This document shows, in pieces, positions 1 to 10,687 of a stretch of DNA of 24,000 nt. The DNA lies in NCBI GenBank assembly GCA_034189905.1, contig JAXHTY010000022.1:53795-77794 (forward strand), read 5' to 3'. The translations under genes were made by a program, and so were the position numbers. Source of the stretch: Thermodesulfobacteriota bacterium (lineage in GTDB: Bacteria; Desulfobacterota; Desulfobacteria; Desulfobacterales; Desulfosudaceae). The stretch's first letter is position 1; each line of letters begins with the position of its first letter. A model generated the notes under the pieces. That model made no database searches. It worked only from the letters and a program-made list of their open reading frames with translations, and had not been told where the DNA came from.

Positions 1-1025
1 CCCCATATACTCATTTACACCGGCGATGAGGTTCCACCCGGAAAACTGTTCGTCTGTCAGGTCCACCATGATAAAAAAGCCGTGGTTCTGATCGACAAAA
101 TCGCCATATCCGTCAAAATTAAACCCGCTATCATCCAGTTCCACCGAATTCTGGTTGGTATTAAAAACAAACTGCCGAAAGCCTGAACCATTTGCGGGAT
201 TCAAATGAAAAGAAGAGATCTGCCAGTACTGATCAAGAAACATGTCCCGCTGCATCTGGAAAATCCGGTCAACATCATCCGCCCCCATGGTTGTCACAAC
301 GTCATCAGGAAGATTTGTCAGCTGTGAGTTCAGCCAGGCCGATGTGACCAGCGGCCGATTGACTTTTCCATATCCGTAAAGCTTGTTGCTGCCGATAATG
401 AGCCGCCGTAATTCCTGATCCCCCTGACCGAAGTTGGAATACTCGGCCCGAAGAACAATGCCGTACAAACGGACTGGATGATCTTCGTCATACCCCATCT
501 GCAGGCCTTCCCAGTTGACATCCCACTGTGTATATTCAGCGCCGTTGCTGGCACCGAAATTTCGATAAAACCCGGACGAAAGATCGGCATGGAGGTTCAC
601 CTTTTTCCCAAAATATCCTGTGCCGTCTTGCGGATTGGTCCGGCTCTGCGTATAAGCAAGGATATTACTCGAATCTGCAGCCAGCATGGGGCCAAGTTCA
701 CCCGCGTCACGTTCGTAATTACCCAGCCGGAGTTCACTGAACTCACCGTAATTTTCTATATAGATATCACTGGAAAAGCGGACAACTGTTACATTTTCAT
801 TCGTGCCATAGTAACCGGGATCACTGATGTCGATGCTGAGAACCTCCCCGCCCTGAACATCCTGAAGCTGCTTGTCCGTCATCACATCCATGCCGGCATA
901 CAGGTTCGTGGCCATAAGTGAACAGAAGGCAATCCCAACCATGGATGTCCACACAATCACATGTGACAACCGTTGTTGAAGCCCTGTTGCCGGGCAACAG
1001 GAAATAACTTTCAAATAATTAATCA
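1..1025 (-). CDS. Truncated large exported protein with a double-glycine-like N-terminal motif after the signal peptide; putative surface/fibre protein
   Basis: Manual reverse-strand translation from ATG at 1025 (SD GGAGGG just upstream) is open to the window edge: MINYLKVISCCPATGLQQRLSHVIVWTSMVGIAFCSLMATNLYAGMDVMTDKQLQDVQGGEVLSIDISDPGYYGTNENVTVVRFSSDIYIENYGEFSELRLGNY... It has a hydrophobic signal segment followed by MTDKQLQDVQGG. It is absent from the ORF track because the stop lies outside the window. Confidence 0.85.
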
Positions 1026-1310
1026 TCAACCCTCCATGCAGGGCCTAACGATGCAAAAACAAGGTACGATAGAGCGAACATCGTTACGCAGTGTGATTCA
1101 ACTTCAATAAATATACCATCTGCCCCGACTATGTCAACAAAAAAATCAAAACCCTGCGTCACTTCGCAAAGATCCATTATTTCAAGATGCAATATCAATG
1201 CCTTTGGCGACCCTTTTAACAGCCTCCTCAATTAAGCCGTAATACCTTAAATTTTATGATAATATTAATATTCTACCATTTTTGCGCAATCTTGCCTGAT
1301 CAATTGGTCT

Positions 1311-1345
1311 CATTTTTTGTCATTATTTTCGCCATTTTTTGTCAT
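1311..1345. promoter_or_regulatory. Two direct copies of CATTTTTTGTCAT spaced 22 bp, upstream of the six-gene array
   Basis: cattttttgtcat at 1311-1323 and again at 1333-1345. A related palindromic TGACATTTTTTGTCA lies at 15196-15210. Confidence 0.35.
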
Positions 1346-1462
1346 GCAGGCTGCAGATTTTTCCTTGACGCAAGACAGGCATTTATTATTTCATTATTCA
1401 GGCCTGCCTCATGACAAATTTTAAGCACCGGCTGCAAACAAAAAGGGATCGCATATTTTATA

Positions 1463-4063
1463 ATGACAGCAAAGCACCCACCGCAGCATCCCATGACCTT
1501 TGTCTTGATATTCATGGTGTTTGTTCTGACCGGCATTCTGATATATGGCAACACCTTCTCCTCTCCCTTTGTAATGGATGATTACGCCAATATCACAGAA
1601 AACCCTGCCATTCGAATGAACCATTTCACAGTGCAGAAGGTGTTAAAAGCATTGCAATTAACCTCCGCATACCGGCCCCTGCCCTGTTTTTCCTTTGCCC
1701 TGAACTATTTCTTCCATGAATACCGTGTTGCAGGATACCATCTGGTTAATATTGCGATTCATATCGTAACCGGTTTTCTTGTTTTTCTGGTTGCCCGACA
1801 AACCATGCGCTTGTGCGGCATGAGCAGCGCGGTGCCCCCTCTGCTGGCCGCCATGCTCTGGTTCGTAAACCCGGTCCACAATCAGTCTGTAACCTATATT
1901 GTTCAGCGGATGACCAGTATGGCCACAATGTTCTACATGTTGAGCCTGTGGATCTATATAAAAGCCCGTTCTGAGGGTTCGGCAACGCAGAAGCGGTTCC
2001 CTGTCCGCACAGTACTCCTTTCCGCCGCAAGTATTATCGCCGGTATCTGCGCCCTCGGATCAAAACAAATTGCCGCCACCCTGCCGGTAATAATCTTCTT
2101 TTATGAATGGTACTTTTTCAGGAATATTAACAGGACCTGGCTGATACACCGGATAAGGTGGCTGGTTGCGCTTGGCGTTGTTGTTTCCGCCATTGCCCTG
2201 ATCTACCTTGGGACAACCCCGTTTGAAAAAATTCAAAGCATGTATGCGCACCAGAATTTTACCATAACCCAGCGATTATTCACAGAACCCCGGGTTATCC
2301 TCTTCTATCTGGTCCTGATGTTTTACCCCCATCCCGACCTGTTGAGTATTGACCATCATTATCCGATTTCTTATGCCCTTCATCATCCACCCACCACGAT
2401 TGCCGCTCTCATTGCCCTTGCCGGACTTATTTCAGCCGCGATAATTTCAGCCAGAAGAGAAAAGCTTATATCATTTGCCATTATCTGGTTTCTGGGCAAT
2501 CTTGTCATCGAGTCGTCTCTCATCGGCCTGGCCCTGATCTTTCAGCACCGTACCTACCTGCCATTTATTTTTCCGGTGATTACAATCAGCTGGCTTGCGT
2601 TTCAATATCTGCCAGCCCGTAAATACGGGATTCTTCTTTTTTGCGTGGTCATCGGCATTTTCAGTTTGTGGACTTTCCAGCGCAATCAGGTCTGGAAAAA
2701 CCGCTTCACTTTCTGGCAAGATACGGTAGCTAAAGCGCCTTACAATGGCCGGGCAAGAAACGATCTTGGACTGGCACTGATGGATAACGGCAAAATGCAA
2801 GCGGCCATTGCTGAATTAAAAAAAGCCGTGGACACGACACCCGATAATGTGCCTGCCCACAACAATCTGGGTTTGGCATTCACCAGACTCGGACAACTGG
2901 ACAAGGCCATTTCATTCTATGAGAAAGCCCTCAGCCTGGGTCCCGGCCATCCACAGGCATACGCCAATCTCGGAGCAACGCTGCTGATGGACAACAGACC
3001 GGAAGAGGCCATTACAGTTCTAGAGAAAGGGATTCAAGTTGCACCGGATGTCGTGGAAATTCATGACAACCTTGCAAATGCCTACATGCAAGCCAATAAG
3101 CCCGTCAAGGCCAAGCAACACGCTGAAAAAGCGCTCGACCTGATGCCGGGCGATCCTATTGCCCTGAATGTTCTGGGATTAATATTTTCCGATAAGGGCG
3201 ATTATACACAAGCAATACAGTATTTTAAAAGGGCATTGAAGAAAAGCCCGCTTAATCTCAAAAGTAATCTTCACATAGCCAGAATATACATGATGCTGAA
3301 TCAGCCGGTAATGGCGACTCCCTATCTTCAGGCCGTCATTCAGATAAATCCTGCAAACGCATTCGCCCATGGCGAACTGGGCGCCGCGTACGCCCTCTCT
3401 GGAAAGCCCGCCATGGCACTTCGACATCTTCAGAAAGCCATTGAATTAAATCCGGGGGATGCGGTCGCACACTTTAATTTAGGCAATGTATTGACGGCAA
3501 ATGGCAACCTGAAAGACGCATTGGCGCACTATAATGCCGCCCTGGCGATCAACCCCGACTATACGGAAGCCCGGCTGACCTTAGGAAAGGTACTGCTCCA
3601 CCACGGCGACATTGAGGAAGCGACACATCAGTTGGACACATTGACCAACACCAGTAAAGACCCCCAATTACTCTACCGGATCGCAACACTTTATAAAAAA
3701 TATGAGATACTGAATAACGCCGCAACACTCTATGAAAAGGCCATCGACATTGAACCGGCTTTCCCCCAGTGCCTCGACAATCTGGGAAGTACCTACGTCC
3801 GGCTGGGACGCCTTGAAGACGCCGTGCAGGCATACCGGCGCCTAAAAAAGCTGATGCCGGATGCGGCCACGGTGCCTTATAATCTTGCCTGCGTTTATGC
3901 CCTGCAGGGACGAAAAGAAGACGCCGTGGCTGCCATCAAAGAGGCGCGGTCCAAGGGATACAACGATCTACGCCGTCTGTTATCCGACCCTGATCTTGCC
4001 ACCCTTCAGGATACGGAATATTATAAAAAATTGAAAAATGCATGGGAGTCGGGCCTGTTATGA
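1463..4063 (+). CDS. Multi-TM + tetratricopeptide-repeat protein, TMTC-like/putative GT-C glycosyltransferase, copy 1 of 6
   Basis: 866 aa. N-terminal half has many TM segments with FVMDDYANITENPAIRM, RPLPCFSFALNYFFH, NPVHNQSVTYIVQRM and VIESSLIGLALIFQHRTYLP. C-terminal half has many TPR units (e.g. VPAHNNLGLAFTRLGQLDKAISFYEKALSLGP). Confidence 0.9.
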   Translation: MTAKHPPQHPMTFVLIFMVFVLTGILIYGNTFSSPFVMDDYANITENPAIRMNHFTVQKVLKALQLTSAYRPLPCFSFALNYFFHEYRVAGYHLVNIAIHIVTGFLVFLVARQTMRLCGMSSAVPPLLAAMLWFVNPVHNQSVTYIVQRMTSMATMFYMLSLWIYIKARSEGSATQKRFPVRTVLLSAASIIAGICALGSKQIAATLPVIIFFYEWYFFRNINRTWLIHRIRWLVALGVVVSAIALIYLGTTPFEKIQSMYAHQNFTITQRLFTEPRVILFYLVLMFYPHPDLLSIDHHYPISYALHHPPTTIAALIALAGLISAAIISARREKLISFAIIWFLGNLVIESSLIGLALIFQHRTYLPFIFPVITISWLAFQYLPARKYGILLFCVVIGIFSLWTFQRNQVWKNRFTFWQDTVAKAPYNGRARNDLGLALMDNGKMQAAIAELKKAVDTTPDNVPAHNNLGLAFTRLGQLDKAISFYEKALSLGPGHPQAYANLGATLLMDNRPEEAITVLEKGIQVAPDVVEIHDNLANAYMQANKPVKAKQHAEKALDLMPGDPIALNVLGLIFSDKGDYTQAIQYFKRALKKSPLNLKSNLHIARIYMMLNQPVMATPYLQAVIQINPANAFAHGELGAAYALSGKPAMALRHLQKAIELNPGDAVAHFNLGNVLTANGNLKDALAHYNAALAINPDYTEARLTLGKVLLHHGDIEEATHQLDTLTNTSKDPQLLYRIATLYKKYEILNNAATLYEKAIDIEPAFPQCLDNLGSTYVRLGRLEDAVQAYRRLKKLMPDAATVPYNLACVYALQGRKEDAVAAIKEARSKGYNDLRRLLSDPDLATLQDTEYYKKLKNAWESGLL

Positions 4064-5898
4064 CAAAGCTTCATAACCATGCGGCCGCTTTGATTACCGC
4101 CCTGGCCATCGCAGTTATCGGCATCCTGGTTTATGCCAACACCTTTCATGCGCCTTTTCTATTTGATGATCATATCAACATTATTGATAATCCACGTATT
4201 CGTATGACAGCATTATCCTTTTCCGGCATTGCCACAGCAGCTAAAAACGAATCCCGTCATCGCCCCCTGCCGAATGTTTCATTTGCATTCAATTACTTTT
4301 TTCACCAATACGATACATCTGGCTATCATATCATCAATCTGATCATCCATCTGACAACCGCATTTCTGATCTTTCTGGTCGCCCGGCACACCCTTCAGCA
4401 ACTGAACCAGGATAGTACAATGACAGCTGCACTTGCGGCCGTTCTCTGGCTGACCAACCCGATTCATACCCAGTCGGTCACCTATATTGTCCAACGCATG
4501 ACATCAATGGCCGCCATGTTCTATATGCTCTCCCTGCTCCTTTATATAAAGGCACGAACAAAACAGTTCAAACAAAATGACTTAACCACCGGCACGGCGA
4601 TCCTGCTTGTGGCATCTGTCTTGTGCGGGATATGTGCACTGACATCCAAACAAATTGCCGCCACTCTCCCGGTATTTGTCTTTCTCTATGAATGGTATTT
4701 TTTTCAAAATTTAGATACGGCCTGGCTGAAACGTCAGGTTTGGTTGCCCATTATCCTTGTCATCACGTTGGCCATTATCATAATGGTCTATCTTGGCAAC
4801 AATCCAATCGACAAAATTCTCAGCATGTATGACAGCCAAGGTTTTTCCATAGGCCAGCGACTGCTCAGCCAACCGGGCGTGGTCCTCTACTATCTTTCTC
4901 TTCTGTTCTTTCCCCATCCCGCCCGACTGAACTTTTATTATGACTTTCCCTTATCCACACTGACGGTCCATCCCGAAGCCACGGTTTTGTCCTTCTTTGG
5001 GATAGCCGGACTGCTGATCACTGCTATGATTGCAGCAAGAAAACAACGACTGGTGTCGTTTGCCATCCTATGGTTTCTGGGCACACTTGTGATTGAATCC
5101 TCCTTTATCGGCCTGGCACTGGTTTTCGAACACCGGACTTACCTGCCCTCAATCTTCCTTTTTATTGCCATTGTACCGGTTTTGATGCAGTTATTGAAAC
5201 ACCGGGAACTGGCCATGATGCTCACAGGCACTGCAATAGTGGTTTGCGGCGTCTGGACCTTCCAGCGTAACAGCATATGGCAGGACGCCGTTCATTTCTG
5301 GCAAAACAACGTTGCCAAATCTCCCCAAATAGCATTACCATACAACAACCTGGGACTGGCTTACAAAAAAGCTGGAAAAACGGAATTGGCGCAACAGGCA
5401 TTTGAAACGGCAATTGAAAAAAACCCCCGGCATTACAGAACATATAACAATCTCGGGCTGTTCTTTATCGACCGGGGGAAACCGGAAGCGGCCATCGATT
5501 ATTTTAATAAAGCCCTCAGCATCTATCCGTTCACTGACATCACGCATATTAATATGGGCAATGCTTTTCTTGCTTTGGAAAAATTTGACAAGGCAATTCA
5601 GCATCTTGAAAAAGCTATTGCAATAAACCCATATTCAGCCGAAGCCTTCAACAGCCTTGGCATTGTTTACCTTAAAACCGGTGACCCGGGAAAAGCAGCA
5701 CATTATTTTCAAAAAGCGATTCAGATCAATCCGTATTACGGGAAAGCCTTTAACAACCTTGGCATTGCTTATTTTTACGCCGGCCAGACAGCAAAAGCCG
5801 TCCGGTATTTTAAAAAAGCCGAAACCGTTGCTCCGAATCAGACGAGTGCAAGTGCCAATCTTGATAAACTCCTAAAGATCAAGGATAGCCCGGAATGA
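4060..5898 (+). CDS. TMTC-like multi-TM + TPR protein, copy 2 of 6 (shortest, 612 aa)
   Basis: ATG at 4060 overlaps the previous stop (ATGA). The track start at 4042 is 6 codons upstream. Motifs FLFDDHINIIDNPRIRM, NPIHTQSVTYIVQRM, VIESSFIGLALVFEHRTYLPS, then about 5-6 TPRs. Confidence 0.9.
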   Translation: MTKLHNHAAALITALAIAVIGILVYANTFHAPFLFDDHINIIDNPRIRMTALSFSGIATAAKNESRHRPLPNVSFAFNYFFHQYDTSGYHIINLIIHLTTAFLIFLVARHTLQQLNQDSTMTAALAAVLWLTNPIHTQSVTYIVQRMTSMAAMFYMLSLLLYIKARTKQFKQNDLTTGTAILLVASVLCGICALTSKQIAATLPVFVFLYEWYFFQNLDTAWLKRQVWLPIILVITLAIIIMVYLGNNPIDKILSMYDSQGFSIGQRLLSQPGVVLYYLSLLFFPHPARLNFYYDFPLSTLTVHPEATVLSFFGIAGLLITAMIAARKQRLVSFAILWFLGTLVIESSFIGLALVFEHRTYLPSIFLFIAIVPVLMQLLKHRELAMMLTGTAIVVCGVWTFQRNSIWQDAVHFWQNNVAKSPQIALPYNNLGLAYKKAGKTELAQQAFETAIEKNPRHYRTYNNLGLFFIDRGKPEAAIDYFNKALSIYPFTDITHINMGNAFLALEKFDKAIQHLEKAIAINPYSAEAFNSLGIVYLKTGDPGKAAHYFQKAIQINPYYGKAFNNLGIAYFYAGQTAKAVRYFKKAETVAPNQTSASANLDKLLKIKDSPE

Positions 5899-8180
5899 GG
5901 AAGAAAAGACCATTGCATTCAAAAGCACCAATAGCCGCGCTGACCGCTATAATCATAATCGGTATTCTGGTCTATGCCAACACCTTCCATTCCCCTTTTC
6001 TTTTTGACGATAAGCCCAATATTTCAGAAAATCCGCATATCCGGATGACGGATTTATCCTTCTCAGAGATCATGGATGCAACGAGAAGTGTCTCCGGTTA
6101 CCGGCCCCTGCCCAACATCTCTTTTGCCTTCAACTATTATTTCCACCAGTACGACACATTCGGATATCACACCATCAACCTGGCCATTCATTTGGCAACA
6201 GCCTTCCTTCTCTTTCTTGTCGCCAGGCAAACCCTGCAACAACTGAACCAGGAAAGCGCGCTGCTACCCCTGTTGGCCGCCATTCTATGGCTGGTCAACC
6301 CGGTCCACACCCAGTCGGTCACGTATATTGTGCAGCGCATGACATCAATGGCCGCCATGTTCTACCTGTTGTCCCTGTTTCTCTACATAAAGGCCCGGAC
6401 AAACCGGATGAAACAGTCCCGCATGTCCACCGGTATAATAATATTGCTTGTCATGTCTGTCGTGTCGGGGCTATGCGCCTTGGCGTCCAAACAGATCGCC
6501 GCCACTCTGCCGGTATTTATCTTTCTCTATGAATGGTATTTTTTCAGGGATCTCAATATCACCTGGCTCAAGCGCCAGATCAAATGGATCTTCATCCTTT
6601 CCATGGCAATTGTCGTCATCGCCCTGATCTATCTCGGCAAAAGCCCGCTCGAAAAAATCCTTTCCATGTATGACAAGCAAGACTTCTCCATGGGTCAGCG
6701 ACTGCTCAGTGAACCCCGTGTCATTATGCACTATTTGTCACTGCTGTTTTTTCCTCACCCCACCCGGCTTATCATCGACTATGACCTCATTGCCTCCACA
6801 GCATTGCTGAGGCCGGCCACCACGGCCCTTTCGATTGCCGCGCTATCAGGGTTGGTATTCACGGCTTTTGCCACAGCAAAGCGATACCGGCTGTTATCCT
6901 TCGCCATTCTCTGGTTTCTGGGCAACCTCGCCATTGAGTCTTCTTTTATCGGTCTTGCGCTTGTCTTTGAACACCGCACCTACCTGCCGTCAACCTTCCT
7001 GTTTATTGCCATCGTGCCAATAATCACCTACCGTATTCCCCTGCGCGCCATTACCATAGCGCTTTTCTGCTGTCTGATTGCTGTTGGTGGCTACTGGACC
7101 TGGCAACGAAACTACGACTGGAGAGACGCCGTATCCTTCTGGCTGGATTGTACAGAAAAAAGGCCGGATACGGCCCGGGCGTTTAACAATCTTGGCATTG
7201 CTTACAGGAGCACAAATGAATTCAAAAAGGCGCTGCCCGCGTTTCAGACCGCTATTGAAAAAGATCCGACTTTTGAAAGAGCTTACAACAATCTTGGCAT
7301 AATCCTTCGGGATGCCGGGGAAGCCCAATCCGCCATTCCCTATTTTACAAAGGCCTTGGAAATCAACCCCGCATATGCTGATGCCCATTATAACCTGGGG
7401 CTTGCTTTTTATGACAAGGGCATGATTGAAAAAGCGGCAACAGCCTTTCAGACTGCTATCAGGCTGAACCCACTTTATTCGAGAGCTCACAACAACATGG
7501 GCATTATCCGGCAATATCAGGGAAAAACAGAAGAGGCGATGGCTTATTTCCGCAAAGCACTGGATACAAACCCTTATTTTGACAAAGCATACAATAACCT
7601 TGGTATCTCCTTTTACCGAAAAGGAGAGATTGACAAATCAATTCAATGCTTTCAAAAATCACTGGCCATCCACCCGGCATACAGTGATGCCCGAAATAAT
7701 CTGGCCAAAGCAAAAAAACAAGAGGCCCGATACAGTCCGGTAATAAATGAGTTGACCGAGAAGCTGCGGCGATCTCCCGAAAACGATGCCATCGCCTTCA
7801 AACTGGGGCAGGTTTATGAAGAAGCCGGCATGCTGGACGGCGCCATTGACCAATACCGGCAAACCCTGGCAATACAGCCGGACCATGCCGCCTGCCTGTA
7901 CAGACTGGGGAATTTATATGTAAAAACCCGTCAACTTGAAAAAGCCATCGGGCCGATGACGAAACTGACCCGGGTACTGCCGGGAAACCCGGCAGTATTT
8001 TACAACCTTGCCTGCCTTCATGCCAAGCTGGCCGAAAAAGAACAGGCGATTCGGTATTTAAAAACAGCCGTGTCTAAAGGATTTGACAAATGGGATGCGC
8101 TTAAAACGGACAAAGACCTTGAAAATATAAGAAACTCCGAATATTATAGGGATTTGATGAAAAAAATCGGAGAAAATTGA
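5895..8180 (+). CDS. TMTC-like multi-TM + TPR protein, copy 3 of 6
   Basis: 761 aa. ATG overlaps the previous stop (ATGA). Motifs FLFDDKPNISENPHIRM, NPVHTQSVTYIVQRM, AIESSFIGLALVFEHRTYLPS, then TPRs and the C-terminal module KTDKDLENIRNSEYYRDL. Confidence 0.92.
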   Translation: MRKKRPLHSKAPIAALTAIIIIGILVYANTFHSPFLFDDKPNISENPHIRMTDLSFSEIMDATRSVSGYRPLPNISFAFNYYFHQYDTFGYHTINLAIHLATAFLLFLVARQTLQQLNQESALLPLLAAILWLVNPVHTQSVTYIVQRMTSMAAMFYLLSLFLYIKARTNRMKQSRMSTGIIILLVMSVVSGLCALASKQIAATLPVFIFLYEWYFFRDLNITWLKRQIKWIFILSMAIVVIALIYLGKSPLEKILSMYDKQDFSMGQRLLSEPRVIMHYLSLLFFPHPTRLIIDYDLIASTALLRPATTALSIAALSGLVFTAFATAKRYRLLSFAILWFLGNLAIESSFIGLALVFEHRTYLPSTFLFIAIVPIITYRIPLRAITIALFCCLIAVGGYWTWQRNYDWRDAVSFWLDCTEKRPDTARAFNNLGIAYRSTNEFKKALPAFQTAIEKDPTFERAYNNLGIILRDAGEAQSAIPYFTKALEINPAYADAHYNLGLAFYDKGMIEKAATAFQTAIRLNPLYSRAHNNMGIIRQYQGKTEEAMAYFRKALDTNPYFDKAYNNLGISFYRKGEIDKSIQCFQKSLAIHPAYSDARNNLAKAKKQEARYSPVINELTEKLRRSPENDAIAFKLGQVYEEAGMLDGAIDQYRQTLAIQPDHAACLYRLGNLYVKTRQLEKAIGPMTKLTRVLPGNPAVFYNLACLHAKLAEKEQAIRYLKTAVSKGFDKWDALKTDKDLENIRNSEYYRDLMKKIGEN

Positions 8181-8229
8181 ACCCGATCCGGCACAAACCG
8201 CAAAAGACAGGAAATAAGCAGAACAGACA

Positions 8230-10611
8230 ATGCCTGAAAACAAAATATTCTCATCCACCCGAGTGCCGTTGTTATGCACAATAGCAATCATTGTCTTGAC
8301 GGGCATCCTGATTTACTCAAATACCTTTGGCGTCCCTTTTGTTTTCGACGATGTGCCGAATATAATCGACAACCCCCATATCCGGATGACCGCCTTAACA
8401 CCGGAACAGCTTGCCGACGCTGTTCAAGGACCTGCAGGCCACCGGCCACTTGCCTACCTTTCCTTTGCATTCAACTACTTTTTCCATGAATATCATGTAT
8501 TCGGGTATCATCTGATAAACCTGATCATTCATCTGATCACCGGGCTGCTGGTTTTTTTAACAGCCCGGCAGACCCTGCGCCTCACAGGCACTGATAATCG
8601 TTTCATTCCGGTATTGGCCGCCGTTCTCTGGCTGGTCAGCCCGGTCCACACCCAGGCCGTCACCTACATTGTTCAACGAATGACGGCCATGGCCACCATG
8701 TTTTATCTGCTGGCCCTGTTCCTTTACATCAAGGCACGGATTATTCAAACCAATACCAAGATGCAGACAAAACGTGCGGCACTCTTCTTTGTTGCAAGCT
8801 TATTGTCCTGGATCTGCGCACTTGGCGCCAAAGAGATCGCCGCGACACTCCCTGTATTTGTTTTTCTATATGAATGGTTCTTTTTTCAGAATTTAGACAC
8901 AGATTGGCTGAGAAGACAGACTGTTTGGATTCTGGGACTCTGTGTGGTTGTGACATTCATTGCTTTTTACTACCTGGGCACCACCCCACTGGAAAGGATC
9001 CTGAAAGTTTATAACTACAGAGATTTCACGCTGGTACAGCGCCTTCTCACAGAGCCCAGAATAGTACTTTATTATCTCTCGCTCCTGGCATTCCCTCATC
9101 CGGGCCGCCTGAACCTGAATTATTATATCAGCGTATCAACATCGCTCATTAACCCCGTTACGACTCTGTTTTCAATCCTCGCCTTGATCGCTTTTTTTGC
9201 TGTTGCCATTATATCGGCCAAAAAAAATCGCCTGCTCTCCTTTGCAATCCTCTGGTACCTGGGTAATCTGGTGATCGAATCCTCCTTTATCGGCCTTGAA
9301 CTCATTTTTGAACACCGCGCATACCTGCCTTCAATCTTTGTGTTTATTGCCACTACCGCCCTGCTGACATCCCGGGACAAAAGGGCTTCTGCCGTAACAC
9401 TACTGTGTGCGCTTATTATTATTTCAGGATTCTGGACATACCAGCGCAACAAAACATGGGCCGATAAAATTTCGTTATGGGGAGACGCTTCAGCAAAAGC
9501 ATCCAGAAATCCAAGGCCGCATAACAACCTGGGTATGGCATTGCAAAAAAAAGGCCTGTATAAACTGGCAATGGAGAAGTACAAAAAAGCCATTTCCGTT
9601 GATCCGACTTATGAAAATGCATACAACAACATGGGGTTTGCCTTGCTTGAAAACGGCTCCCCCGATGAGGCCATTCCTTATTTAATAACCGCCCTGAAGA
9701 TCAGACCCACTTTCAAGGACGCCCACAACAATATTGCGGTAGCTTATCATCGAACCGGTAATACGGAGAAGGCCATTGCACACTGCAAAACGGGCCTTGC
9801 CATTGATCCTGATTTTACCAAAATCAGAAACACGCTTGGTGTCATCTATCTTGGGCAATCGAAACTAAAACAGGCCGCAGACTGTTTTACCACCGTCCTG
9901 AAATCACAACCCGGCTTATTTGAAACCAATATGAACATGGGATTAATCCGACAGAGAGAAAACCGTCCCCAAAAAGCTGCCGATTTTTTCGAAACCGCTG
10001 TTGCCCTGAATCCCAATAGTGTCGAAGCCCATTATCATCTTGGCAGTGTACTTGCCATGTCAGGCGACCTCATCGATGCCCGGCACCATATTGAAGTGGC
10101 GCTCAAGATCAAACCGGACTATCCACAGGCACATAACGCCCTTGGCAATATTCTCTTGAAGCAGGGCGAGATCGATAAGGCAATCACATATTACCAAAAG
10201 GCCCTGCAATATGCGACCGTCTATGCTTCTGCCAGCATCAACCTTGCCAACGCCCTGAGTATGAAGAGGGAATACAATGCGGCCATCGCCAGTCTTAATG
10301 AAGCCCTTCCCCAGGCCCCGGAAAACCCGTCCCTGCTGAGCAAACTCGGCATGCTCTACTCAAAAACAGAGAAATACGATGAGGCAATTGACGTGTTTAA
10401 GACACTGGGCACTGTTCTTCCCGGAAATGCAACCGTTTTCTATAATATTGCCTGTCTTTATGCAAAACAGAACAACACAGAAAAAGCTGTGGAGAACCTG
10501 AAAAAAGCCATTGAAAAAGGTTACGCCAGTATGGAAAGGATAAAAACAGACCCGGATCTCGAAGCCATACGGAATACCGACTATTACAAACAATTGACAT
10601 CACAACGATAG
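8230..10611 (+). CDS. TMTC-like multi-TM + TPR protein, copy 4 of 6
   Basis: 793 aa. Motifs FVFDDVPNIIDNPHIRM, SPVHTQAVTYIVQRM, VIESSFIGLELIFEHRAYLPS, then TPRs and C-terminal KTDPDLEAIRNTDYYKQL. Confidence 0.92.
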   Translation: MPENKIFSSTRVPLLCTIAIIVLTGILIYSNTFGVPFVFDDVPNIIDNPHIRMTALTPEQLADAVQGPAGHRPLAYLSFAFNYFFHEYHVFGYHLINLIIHLITGLLVFLTARQTLRLTGTDNRFIPVLAAVLWLVSPVHTQAVTYIVQRMTAMATMFYLLALFLYIKARIIQTNTKMQTKRAALFFVASLLSWICALGAKEIAATLPVFVFLYEWFFFQNLDTDWLRRQTVWILGLCVVVTFIAFYYLGTTPLERILKVYNYRDFTLVQRLLTEPRIVLYYLSLLAFPHPGRLNLNYYISVSTSLINPVTTLFSILALIAFFAVAIISAKKNRLLSFAILWYLGNLVIESSFIGLELIFEHRAYLPSIFVFIATTALLTSRDKRASAVTLLCALIIISGFWTYQRNKTWADKISLWGDASAKASRNPRPHNNLGMALQKKGLYKLAMEKYKKAISVDPTYENAYNNMGFALLENGSPDEAIPYLITALKIRPTFKDAHNNIAVAYHRTGNTEKAIAHCKTGLAIDPDFTKIRNTLGVIYLGQSKLKQAADCFTTVLKSQPGLFETNMNMGLIRQRENRPQKAADFFETAVALNPNSVEAHYHLGSVLAMSGDLIDARHHIEVALKIKPDYPQAHNALGNILLKQGEIDKAITYYQKALQYATVYASASINLANALSMKREYNAAIASLNEALPQAPENPSLLSKLGMLYSKTEKYDEAIDVFKTLGTVLPGNATVFYNIACLYAKQNNTEKAVENLKKAIEKGYASMERIKTDPDLEAIRNTDYYKQLTSQR

Positions 10612-10687
10612 CCGACATAATAGGCACAGGCATGACAGACCACTGGGACTCTCACGAACTCAACCTGGAACTTTACGGAAGCCACAG

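Noticed and set aside
330-921. Plus-strand ORFs 330-590, 478-921 and 528-740 in the track
   Set aside because: They lie antisense within the clear minus-strand exported gene (1-1025), and their translations have no signal or family-like pattern.
1370-1463. Sigma54-like promoter (AAGCACCGGCTGCAAA) before the six-gene array
   Set aside because: The invariant -24 GG is missing and the -24/-12 spacing does not match.
9123-9593. 156-aa minus-strand ORF and similar antisense ORFs (6990-7514, 11948-12322, 12477-12857, 8893-9099, etc.)
   Set aside because: These are shadow ORFs opposite the conserved TM/TPR coding frames. Similar ones recur at equivalent positions in the paralogues (e.g. ...IKEDSITRLPRYQR...), which is expected from the conserved sense sequence.
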